DNA of 63,944 bases, counting the filler, from Octopus bimaculoides (taxonomy: Eukaryota), in the NCBI RefSeq assembly GCF_001194135.2. It is 7 parts of 7 records of this genome, joined end to end, with 100 filler letters (N's around TTAATTAATTAA, not from the genome) between each part and the next. Parts side by side here need not be neighbours in the genome. Positions count along the whole stretch, not along the records: positions 1 to 29,090 come from NC_068982.1; 6 more parts are not named here. One strand, written 5' to 3'. Position numbers and translations under genes: made by a program. Below, piece by piece: positions 1-10,330 of this stretch; the first letter of the stretch is position 1, and each line of letters starts with the position of its first letter. Under the pieces are notes generated by a model. That model made no database searches, had not been told where the DNA came from, and saw only the letters and a program-made list of their open reading frames with translations.

Positions 1-508
1 TATATATACACATATATATATATATATATATACATATATGTGTGTATCTGCGTGACTATGTATTTATACATGGTTACAAGAGTAAATAGATAGCCAGCGA
101 CAGAGAAAAAGAAAAGAGAACGAGAAAGGAGAAAGAGAGAGACAGAGAGGAAAAGGTAAGGAATGGGGGGAAATGATAAGGATGAATGATGAATGTAGAT
201 AATATCCCTCCTCCCCAATTTCGTAATAAATCTGTAACCATATTTAACAGATTATCGGAACATGATGGATTAAATAATAATCCGTCTGAGTTTCAGGCAA
301 TTTATTACATGACACAGTAGAAGAGGCTTTGTAAAGAGAATTAGTTATTAATCTACATTTTAATATAATTAAAGTTTCTACTGCACATGTCTTTATTCAG
401 AATTCAATCCTAACTGTCTTGTGAAGAAGAAATCATTATTTGAAGGTAAATTTTATTCTGGTAATTTTATATATCGTAGCTAAAAACGCTTGACACCTCG
501 TACGTAAT

Positions 509-575
509 TTCTTCTTCTTCTTCTTCTTCTTCTTCTTCTTCTTCTTCTTCTTCTTCTTCTTCTTCTTCTTCTTCT
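509..575. repeat. (TTC)n microsatellite
   Basis: Pure TTC run visible in the sequence. Confidence 0.95.
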
Positions 576-1067
576 CGATTTGCTAGAAAGAACAACTTCA
601 TATTTTGAACAAAGTGAAGGACACATTGGAGGATTCAGTCCTAGATACATCACGTCTAAAAAAACAAAAATTGTGAAAGAACCTGATCACGGCTGTAAAG
701 TCTCTGATCATTTGTCTGCTGAATCGGACCTGACCTTGGGATTAGAGAATAAAAACAACAAAATCTTAATCTTCATAAACACCAGGGTGATAATTCGTAT
801 CTTTAAAGTGAAATTATAGGCAGAACCATTTAATTTCACATGACAGCGTTCTCAGTTCAAATCTAACCTGTATTTGTTTTTCTTTAATTTCATTGAACGA
901 CGGTCGATAAAATAAACAGCGATAATATCCTTGAGTCCATTCAGTTGATAACATCCCCGCTCACCTACATAATTCTTAAATTTGTTCCAATGTTTTAACT
1001 TGGTAAGAGACAAGTTAGTTATAGGTTTTTAGCCCTAGGTCAATCGTGATAACACAGAACGTTAATC

Positions 1068-1240
1068 CTTTCTACTATAGGCACAAGGCCTAGAATTTTG
1101 GTGGAGGGTAATAGTCGATTACATCGATTCCAGTACTTTCCTGGTACTTAATTTATTGACCCCACCCCAGAAAAGATAAAAGACAAAAGACAAATCTCAG
1201 CGAAATTTGAACTCAGAACATGAAGACAAGCGAAATACCG
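1068..1240 (-). mobile_element. SINE family B, 3' part of a copy split by an insertion
   Basis: Minus strand reads cggtatttcgcttgtcttcatgttctgagttcaaatt...ggtcaataaattaagtaccag...aatcgact...ggccttgtgcctatagtagaaag. This is collinear with the intact B copies at 3362 and 61015. Confidence 0.85.
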
Positions 1241-2350
1241 ATTTCTTTATTACCTAAAACAGGCTATACAAAGAGTTTTTATAGGACATCACATGAAGAC
1301 AGTACAAAACGCAACACACATAAAATCGGGGAACTAAAAATTACAAAAGCAAATGATAATAGTAGAAGAAAAATTAAAATAAAATGATAATATGCAAGAA
1401 TGAAAAAAATGAGGCGTAATGTCCACTCGACCTCCGAAGTCGGGTGGTTATATTTATCCAGTTTTTCACTTTTACTTTAACAGTTTTGCAACTCAAACAA
1501 TTGAAATATTCTCATTACTTTTCTCCTACTAATCACTGTTACTTCCGTTAGTGCGAGTCAGTTTGTGTGCTCGAGAAGAAGGCAAATATTATTGTTGAAG
1601 CGTCTCGCGCGTGCTGCTGTTGTTGTTCTTTTTTCCCTAGGTTGAGTGAAAGGAAGTCCCTCCGATATGAAGAGCTACGCAAGGGCCGCTGGCGGCGAAA
1701 ACAACCGCATCACATGAAGCTAAGCAAATTGATGTTAATATGGAGCAGGTTTTGAGAAGTGAGCAATGGATACGAAAGGAGGGAGATACGTTTAAGTTGA
1801 TCCCTCCAACAGGGTCGAAAAATGATAAGATTTGGAGAACGGTGGTATATAGGACACAAGTGGTCGCCACCAACAAGATAGAGATGGTAAAGGAAGAAGA
1901 AATAGAAGAATGTTTGGGAGAAACTTTACTGGTCTCGACAACCTGTGTACGATACACAGCTGTCCTCAGTATTTTGTCTTCCTTGGTCTCTTTTTTTTTT
2001 TTGGGGGGGGGGGTGCAATATGTATGAGTCTCCCTCTACTTCTATCAAATTCCTGCTTCTGCTCCCCTCCTCCATATCCAGCTCGATCAACTTGATTTCC
2101 AGCGGCACTGGCTTCTTCGCCGCAGCGGCCCTGGCGTAGCTCTCCATACTGGAGACACTACATCTCGCTACAGCTGGGGGAAAAAATGCAGCGGCTCGCG
2201 TGAAACGTTACAACAATAAATTCCACCAAAATTACAATTATTCACAGAGACAACTCACAGTAATTCACACAGTTTTCACAGAGTAACACAGCAGTATTCA
2301 CAATAATTCACTAATATCATATGACACGAGATAATTCACAGAGACGGGAC
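1241..2350 (-). mobile_element. Internally deleted non-LTR retrotransposon, probably Tx1/L1-like, inserted in SINE B
   Basis: 5'UTR 2350-2148, ORF1-like start MESYARAAAAKKPVPLEIKLIELDMEE at 2147, and an AT-rich 3' end with AATAAA (1251-1246) ending aataaagaaat. ACCG is duplicated at 1237-1240 and 2351-2354, and SINE-B sequence lies on both sides. Clade assignment is inferred from the SYA.AA ORF1 start and polyA-signal end; no RT remains. Confidence 0.65.
1545..1915 (+). mobile_element. Inverted 5' fragment (UTR plus ORF1 start) of a paralogous non-LTR family
   Basis: With one frameshift it reads MKSYARAAAAKTTASHEAKQIDVNMEQVLRSEQWIRKEGDTFKLIPPTGSKNDKIWRTVVYRTQVVATNKIEMVKEEEIEECLGE. This aligns with the minus-strand ORF at 2147-1920. 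Confidence 0.65.
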
Positions 2351-2385
2351 ACCGCTAAGCAGTTCGCCCGGCGTGTTAATAACTT
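2351..2385 (-). mobile_element. SINE family B, 5' head of the split copy
   Basis: Minus strand ttaacacgccgggcgaactgcttagcggt matches the B head ttagcacg(c/t)cgggcgaaatgctta(g/t)cggt, e.g. 61037-61064. Confidence 0.75.
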
Positions 2386-2449
2386 ATAATAAAAAGGATT
2401 CCCATTCACGACCATCTCTATTCATTCCAAGCATTCTGTGCATTTCTCC

Positions 2450-2505
2450 ATCTTTTATTTGTTTCAGTCATTAGACTGCGCCCATGCTGGGGCACCGTCT
2501 TGAAA
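2450..2505 (-). mobile_element. SINE family A 3' tail fragment
   Basis: tttgtttcagtcattagactgcgcccatgctggggcaccgtctt is the reverse complement of the A tail seen at 57700-57745. Confidence 0.75.
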
Positions 2506-3039
2506 AAAATTAATTAAATGAATGCTATTTCTGGCAGGTTGAGCTATTACCGAAGAGGTTTCCTTGTTGGTTCGTGTTGTTGTCGTTGTTATTGCGGCAG
2601 TTGGTTGCCCAAAGTCAGTTCTAATAGATCAAAAGCGTTCCAGCCAAGACCATTCATTTGTACATCTACGACTACATGGTTCAGTGCGTCTTATTTATTT
2701 TGTAAACAGAAGGAAATTTGGCTGTTTTATATAAATGCGTTTTGCGAGCACACAGAGATTAGGTCACATTGTCAGGTGTTGATCTACGTCTAGATATAGT
2801 AACAACAAACCGGTTTTCAGAGTGTTAATAACATTACTATTGAAACGATTGAATGACTATGTAGTCCATTGTCCATTGACTTACAAGCTTACTTTCGTTT
2901 GTATTTGTACGTCCTCGTGTGTATATAACAGCTGGCTCGCTGGCCAACTTGTTGGAAGCTGTCGTTTGTTGAGTACAGTGATGACATCATTTAGATTTGT
3001 TTGTCTATAAAAGGGAGGTTATATTGGCAATGTGTCACT

Positions 3040-3360
3040 ATTATCATAATCATCACTACAAACACCACTACAATCCCAGTTACACTCCTCCTTCTTCTTC
3101 TTCTCCTCCTCCTCCTCCTCCTCCTTCTCATCATCATCATCGTCATCATCACCATCATCACCATCGTCATTATCATTATCATCATTATCATCATCAACAG
3201 CAGTAGCAGCAATACCGTCATTGTGGTTTCAACAGTTTTATGCGAATACATTGCAACAGAACTGCACCTGCATCTCCATCAAATGCCATTATCATTATTA
3301 TTATTATTATTGTTGTTGTTGTTGTTGTTGTTGCTGTTATTATTATTATTATTATTTTAA
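3040..3360. repeat. Compound trinucleotide microsatellites (CCT/CAT/ATT/GTT)
   Basis: Directly visible; explains the homopolymeric ORFs. Confidence 0.9.
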
Positions 3361-3361
3361 C

Positions 3362-3570
3362 ATGGTGAGCTGGCAGAATCATAAGCACGCTGGGCTTAGC
3401 GGTATTTCGTTCGTCTTTACGTTCTGAGTTCAAATTCCGCCGAGGTCGACTTTGCTTTTCATTTTTTCGGGGTCGATAAATTAAGTACCAGTTACACACT
3501 CGGGCCGATCAAAGCCGTGTGAGTAGATTTGGTAGGTGGAGACTGAAAGAAGCTCGCCGTATATATATAT
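3362..3570 (+). mobile_element. Chimeric SINE: family B head joined to family A core
   Basis: B-type ggtgagctggcagaatc...ggggtcgataaattaagtaccagtt switches near 3500 to A-type ctcgggccgatcaaagcc...gactgaaagaagctcgccgtatata. The A tail resumes at about 5925-6140 after the RTE insertion. Confidence 0.75.
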
Positions 3571-4310
3571 CACCGTGATCACCTTGACCGGCCAAACTGT
3601 CGGATGTCCGGATATCGCTTTGAATCCGCTGACCACAGCATCTCATCCATTCCGTTCTTGATCTCGCTCTCTTTTTCCATTGCGGTCCCATTATTCTCTT
3701 TACATCGTCAATCTATCTGAGTGGAAGCCTTCATTTCCAATCATGCGAGTGCTACTCGGCAACTGCACATGTCCATCGGTTATCGGTCCACCTTGCAACG
3801 TGCCCGGCCCACCTAAGTTTGTTTAGACGGTATTCAGCGATAATGGTCTTTACTCTGGTTCTTTTCCTAATCTGTTCGTTTCGGCTGTGATCTCTCAAGG
3901 AAATTCCTAGCATCGACCTTTCCACAACTCTTTCCGCCGTTATTAACCGCTGTTCTCCAATCTTCGTCGTCGCACAGGTTTCACTTGAATAGAGCATTGC
4001 AGTTAGAACCATGTTGGTGAAGAGGTTTGCGCAAGTGGCTTTTCGAGGTTCACTTTCAGCACATCATTTGCTGGGTTGAACGCTCTCCAGCCTGATCGTA
4101 TTCTCCGCGAAATCTCATTGTCCATGTCGCGTCCCATGGTTGTAGCTTGACCGAGATACACCTAACTTTCCACCTCCTCGATTTCATAGCCTCCAATTAC
4201 AACTTGACCGGGTGTCAAGTCATATGCTTTGTATTCGCAAGATTGATCCTCAGGCCGAACCTCTGGTGTTCAGTTAGTCCAGCATGGTCTGTAACTACCT
4301 GGTAATATTC
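3571..4310 (-). mobile_element. RTE-clade LINE, 3' segment (post-catalytic RT C-terminus and 3' tail), decayed
   Basis: Reads LQTMLD*LN...FGLRINLANTK, RRIRSGWRAF, MLYSSET...NKLRWAGHVARWTDNRWT, ending in the short repeated tail caaggtgatcacggtgat. These are typical RTE ORF C-terminal motifs. Confidence 0.9.
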
Positions 4311-5779
4311 AAGAAGAAGGAGAAGAGATGGACCTGAGTAGCACCGAATGCAAGAGATCAAAATGAGATCGCCTACATCCTGGTCGATAAACGGCACATA
4401 TTGAAAGATGTCTTAGTTGCAGCTCCATTCAACATAGGAAGCGACCGCCACCTTGTGTAGGCGAAGATTGTGCTTGACGAGATAAGGGAGAAGAGGATAC
4501 TGCATCTAACGTAGAAGAAACAGTGAATGAAGGTTGTTGACGAAATGAAGCTGAAGAGTCTATTGGTAATGAGTCTTGGAACCAGCTTAAAGGAATCGAT
4601 GGAAATCATGATGCACTGATCTAGAAATTAAAAGAGTGCTTGAGGAGGGTGAGAGTCGCTGGCCCGAAGAATGCAAAAGAAGGGTTTTCGGAATAGACAA
4701 AAAAGCTGATGGATAAGTGGAGGGTACATGAGGAGAGACAATTCACATCTGATCAAGACTACCTTTTTCTCAGCAAAGTGATAAGACAATGTCTGTCAGA
4801 AAAATTTGAAAATTACAGGGAAGAAAAGCTCCACAGAACTGCGCAGGAACGGAAAATTTCCAAGAAGTGCGAAAGGGAGATTACGCAGAACAGGTCAGAA
4901 GTGACGACGTTGAAGAATAAGGACGGCATCGCAGTGAACGAAAAGGAAGAAATGAAGGAGATTTGCCAAACCTTCTACACCAATCTCTGCAAGTCTGTTG
5001 TGGAAGTCATCCCCTTTGTCATCATACAGAGCACAAGAAGTACTATCTATTCTGATCAGAGAGGTTGATAAGGCCCTGAAGCTGGTGAAAAAGGCAAAGC
5101 ACCAGGCAAGGGCGGTTTAACATCCGAAATGCTGTAGACCGGCGAAGAGCAGCCGTGAAAAGTCCACGCTCCACGTTTCAACCATTACACATGGGAAGAG
5201 CGTATATCCCTCAATGGAAAGAGTCGAATATCATCTTGTACAAAAAGGATGATCGGGAAGATCTCAGGAACTATCGCATAATATGTTCTGTCTCACATAT
5301 ACAAGCTGTTTACAAAGATAATTGTATGCTGATCATTGCAATAACTTGATGAACAACAGTCAAGAGAACAGGCGAGGTTTAAAAAGAACTTCAGCACGAT
5401 AGATCACATATTTACTCTGATGCAACTGTTGGAGCGAACGAAAGAGTACTGGTTGCCTCTGAAAACGTCTTCAACATTCGACAGTGTCGAGATTAATGCA
5501 GTGCTACAATCCACCCAGAAGCAAAGTGCTGTGATGCAGTACATGAACTTCTTCAGGGGTACACATTCGAGACGCATTACGGACGTGGCCTTGCTATCAC
5601 GCGTGCGTGTCTCGGTCGAGAAGGGAGTCAAAAAGTGAGGTATCGTCTCTCCGAAGCTGCTCACAGCACGCCTAGAAATGGTTATCAGAGATATCGACAG
5701 GAACAGCGGCGTGCAAATTAACGGCGAGCTGCTCACAGATCTCCGTTTGCTGATGACATTACGCTTATCGCAGAACATA

Positions 5780-5782
<3 letters not shown>
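4311..5782 (+). mobile_element. RTE-clade LINE, inverted 5' segment (APE C-terminus to RT FADD motif), decayed
   Basis: Reads KRWT*VAPN..NEIAYILVDK..IGSDRHLV (endonuclease end), WKESNIILYKKDDREDLRNYR, EQQSREQA.FKKNFSTIDHIFTLMQLLE, FDSVE, KGVK, and LRFADDITLIAE with frameshifts. Confidence 0.9.
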
Positions 5783-5828
<46 letters not shown>

Positions 5829-5924
5829 TACCTATGTATGTATGTATGTATGTATGTATGTATGTATGTATGTATGTATGTATGTATGCTTCTATGTGTG
5901 TGTCTGCGCGCGTGTGTGGTGTGT

Positions 5925-6140
5925 GTGCGTGCGTGTGTGTCTGTGTTTGTCCCTCACCATCGCTTGATGACTGGTTTTGGTGTGCTTACGTCCTCATAAA
6001 TTAGTGGTTCGGCAAAAGACACCGATAGTGCCAGCTTTAAAAACGTAAACACTGAGGTGGATTCGTTTGACTAAAAATTCTTCAAGGCGGTGCCCCAGCA
6101 TGGCAACAGTCTAAGGACCGAAACAAGTAAAAAAAAAGAA
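5925..6140 (+). mobile_element. SINE family A 3' half (continuation of the 3362 copy)
   Basis: tgtgtttgtccc...atcgcttga...ggttcggcaaaaga...ggcggtgccccagcatgg...gaaacaagtaaaa matches 57550-57750. Confidence 0.8.
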
Positions 6141-6345
6141 AAGATAAAAGAAAGCTAAACCATAACAATATCACCGTCACCAATGTTTCCACCAGTCTGA
6201 CGACGGTTAGAGATCCCATTTCCCCACAATTCTGTCAATCAACAACATATTCACAACCACTACCATATTTATGACTAAATATATCTTTTTATAACTACCT
6301 ATTTGTTAAACTGTGTATATATTTTTAACTATAATGGCACACTGT

Positions 6346-6593
6346 GTGGAGGCGCAATGGCACAGTGGTTAGGGCAGCGGACTCGCGGTCATAGGATCGC
6401 GGCTTCGATTCCCAGACCGGGTGTTGTGAGTGTTTATTGAGCGAAAACACCTAAAGCTCCACGAGGCTCCGGCAGGGGATGGTGGTGGTGAAGCCTGCTG
6501 TACTCTTTCGCAACTTTCTCTCTTACTTCCTGTTTCTGTTGTGCCTGTATTACGAAGGGTCAGCCTTGTCACACCGTGTCACGCTGAATATCC
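6346..6593 (+). mobile_element. SINE family C, 3'-truncated, tRNA-like head
   Basis: The head ggcgcaatggcacagtggttagg...ggcttcgattccc has A and B boxes. The body is near-identical to 42909-43160. Confidence 0.9.
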
Positions 6594-6710
6594 TGCAAGT
6601 GATGAATTGAAACAATTGTCGGTCAGGCATTCGATTGAGAGCGATAAAATAGAACCAAACAGCAATAAGTACTGTGGCATATATGACCAGCTACATATTT
6701 TGAAGGGGAA

Positions 6711-6777
6711 CTGCAGCCTGGCGACACTGTAGCTTGGCGGTACTGCAGCTTGGTGGCACTGCAGCTTCGTTGCACTG
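6711..6777 (+). repeat. Four tandem 16-bp units (consensus ctgcagcttggyggca)
   Basis: ctgcagcctggcgaca / ctgtagcttggcggta / ctgcagcttggtggca / ctgcagcttcgttgca. Confidence 0.85.
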
Positions 6778-7299
6778 AAATGACTTAAGGCAGTAAAATT
6801 ATAAAATTTTGTTAGTCTTGGGTTATCAAGTAAAGCATCGTATTGATTTGAAGTATCTGTTGTAAGTTGTAGATATCTAAAATGGTTAATGATGGAAAGG
6901 TGTTAAAAATCACTTGAAACCTCGTAATGTTAGATTGTTTATATTGTCTAGCCCCATGTCATCTCTGTGAATGCGCTTGGTGTAGCGGCTTGCGTGTTTG
7001 GTTCACGGTCATTTAGCATAAAACTGGGTGGTGCTTTGTATCCCTGTGTAATGCACTTCGTTTAGTCCACTAATACTGACAACCGGACAACCAGAGTAGA
7101 GGGACAATAATTCAAAAGAGCTTTTACTCGTATAACAACAGTAGCAGGTATTAATTGCAGCATTCCGTGGAATTTTACCAGTTCTGTTGCTGTTGTGATA
7201 TATTATTTGTGTAAAAATATAACAGAAACAACACAATTTCCTACCATGTCAACAATATATGTTGTGTGCAGTACAATCCACCAACACACACACACGCAC

Positions 7300-7350
<51 letters not shown>

Positions 7351-7548
7351 CATACATACACATACATACGCTGTTGACATATTAACATGGCGCATATATA
7401 TATGTGTGCATGCATACATACATAGACACCCACACTCATACACATATGCACACAGTCAGTTTCCTGAATCCATACAACATTGTTGACATTACATGGAACC
7501 ATTACCATTTTCGTATCATGTCAAAAGTGTGTGTATGTATGTATGTGC

Positions 7549-7584
<36 letters not shown>

Positions 7585-8145
7585 CTGTGTGTCTGTGTGA
7601 TGTCTGAACCAGTACAGCAATATAAACATCACTGTGGAATTTTAACAACAGTTCTGTATTGTAAATGAAGTCTCTTTTTGTTGGTATACAATCCACCGCT
7701 GCGTTACTAATTTTATACGTGTGCGCAAAAAACAGGTGGTGTGTATGTTTGTAAACAAAATTAAAGAAACGAAACCAGCACCGCAACTGATGCAATTTCC
7801 AGCATCACCATCATCATTACTATTGCAGTCACCATTCTCACCTTCATCACTATCACCGCTATTCCTTTTACCACTGTCACCCCTGCCTCCACATCAGCTA
7901 TCACTACTTTCATTACCACCAACACCACTACCATCTATATTATAATGATGATGATGATGATGATGATGGTAGTGATGCTGTTGATGATAATGATGATGCT
8001 GGAGCTCATCATCACCATCATCATCGTCGTCATCATCATCATCATCATCATCCTGAATTTACTATTATCACTTTTCTAAAATAAATTATATAGTTTCATG
8101 TCAACAGAAATAACAGAAATAACGACAAACAACGACACCGCCATC

Positions 8146-8183
<38 letters not shown>

Positions 8184-8744
8184 CAACAACAGCAACAAAT
8201 ACAATGACAACAGCAACAATAGCAGTTGCAGAAACAACAGGATGACAAAGATACCAGTTCCATTCCTATAAACCTTCCCGTAATGTTATTTCCATGTGTT
8301 ACAGTATTAGCTAGTCTGTTATAGAACATACAAAGCTCACGCGCACACGCACACACACACACACATACACACACACAAAGACGAACACAAACAAACATAC
8401 ACACTCATACACGCAACATTCCCACTAACTATTTCCCATGGTTCGCTCATGTTCATGGTGATTTCCAAGTAAATTTAAAGATTAAAGTTAAAGATTTAAG
8501 TTCTTTCGTTGCTTCGTTTATACTTGTTTTCTTTATTTCCTTTTCTTTATTTATTTACTCATTTATTTATTTATTTATTTAATTTACCCTTATATGCGTT
8601 TCGTCAATTTGCCGAGCAATACTGTATTCATTCGGTAAGCTTTCTAATCACTTTTCACACTTCATCACTTTCTGCCTATCTCTCTTCTCTCTGCCTATAT
8701 ATATATTGTTTTCCGTCCGCCGCTACCCTCCACGAAAAAAATTT

Positions 8745-8950
8745 AATCTGTGTTCGTGGGAAGAACCATTTTAACGATGCGTACTGCCTTAATTCTTCGA
8801 AACGCCGGTGTTTTAATGGTGGCAGCTGATGAAGGAGATGTTTCTATGTGGCCTGCTTGTTTGTTGTACCTTGTTTATCATTTTGTCCATATTCTTTGGC
8901 CACGTCATGTACCCAGATATGTATCTATATGTACATGTAGATGAAGGTAT
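8745..8950 (+). repeat. Interspersed repeat family with ...gctgatgaa...acgtc(c/a)tgtaccc.gatatg.atctatat core; other copies at 27651-27790 and 52380-52670
   Basis: Three diverged copies share ordered motifs and sit in TA/CA microsatellites. The class is unknown; a Penelope-like terminal repeat is possible. Confidence 0.65.
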
Positions 8951-9789
8951 GCACATACATGTACATATATATGCATATACTCATATATTGTTTATATATA
9001 TATATATATNNNNNNNNNNNNNNNNNNNNNNNNNNNNNNNNNNNNNNNNNNNNNNNNNNNNNNNNNNNNNNNNNNNNNNNNNNNNNNNNNNNNNNNNNNN
9101 NNNNNNNNNNNNNNNNNNNNNNNNNNNNNNNNNNNNNNNNNNNNNNNNNNNNNNNNNNNNNNNNNNNNNNNNNNNNNNNNNNNNNNNNNNNNNNNNNNNN
9201 NNNNNNNNNNNNNNNNNNNNNNNNNNNNNNNNNNNNNNNNNNNNNNNNNNNNNNNNNNNNNNNNNNNNNNNNNNNNNNNNNNNNNNNNNNNNNNNNNNNN
9301 NNNNNNNNNNNNNNNNNNNNNNNNNNNNNNNNNNNNNNNNNNNNNNNNNNNNNNNNNNNNNNNNNNNNNNNNNNNNNNNNNNNNNNNNNNNNNNNNNNNN
9401 NNNNNNNNNNNNNNNNNNNNNNNNNNNNNNNNNNNNNNNNNNNNNNTATATATATATATTTATATATATACATATATGCGTGTTGTATGTATGTATGTAT
9501 GTATGTATGAAGATGTCACACAGCAAACAAACATACCTACATACATGCATACATACGTACACACACGAGTACACACGTACACACAAATACACACATACAC
9601 ACACATACACACGAGAACATTTTGTAAACAAACTTATAAATGCCGAATGTGTCGGTATTCTGCAAAAAATAAAGGAATGTCTCGAAAAGCAGGAAGGCTG
9701 TGAATACCCTTTAGTAGACGGAAAGAAAGTGGCCTGTAAGCCTCCACAGAGAATCGAACGCTGCACCTCTCAAATTCAGCCGGAGAGTT

Positions 9790-10330
9790 ATACAAACAAA
9801 GCTATAGCTTCTCACGGTCAGGAAAGGAAGACGTTGTGCAGTGTGAAGTTAGCGTTGGCCTTGTCATCGCGAGCAAATTTGTCGTCAAGTAAACGTCACT
9901 CCCTGTTGCGATATACAACAAAAAGACTAGCTTCGACTAGAAATCTTAATGTAAGAAATGATTATCGACTGAAGCAGTGTTAGTGGTAAACGGCGATCTT
10001 TATATCCAACTTAACGTGGGTGGTGTGTTAAGACACATGGTCGCATGGTGCTTAAATGCACTTATATTTATATCGTTGGCAGACGAGAATCGTCCACTAT
10101 GGGCGCCGGAACTGCCAGATCACGTGATTTCGCCTTGTCCAGGCTCTTCAATGGCAAGTGTCTGGTAGCAGCGAGCATAAGAAGAGTTCCATGTTATACT
10201 ACCGAGACACTTGAATAACGATCCAGCAACCGACAAGCTGCTTGACCTCGGCGATTTTAATGCATGAGTGAGAAGGGGTTATCAAACATGGGGGTTAAGC
10301 TTTTGATCATTTTAGAAAATGTAATCTCAA
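9790..10330 (+). mobile_element. Highly decayed RTE endonuclease remnant
   Basis: SVGLVIASKF..LPVAIYNKRL and DKLLDLGDFNA*V (10232-10270) are APE-domain motifs. Confidence 0.6.

Noticed and set aside
580-819. ORF or exon after the (TTC)n tract
   Set aside because: The polypyrimidine tract is a microsatellite. There is no recognisable protein motif or donor site.
6346-6420. SINE heads as functional tRNA genes (also 42909, 57343, 28800)
   Set aside because: They have A and B boxes but no complete cloverleaf, and they continue into SINE bodies.
8590-8645. Minus-strand CUUA-CCGAAUGA...GACGAAACGCAUAUAAG as a hammerhead
   Set aside because: It needs two or more core changes and helix II pairs poorly; at most an unprovable relic.
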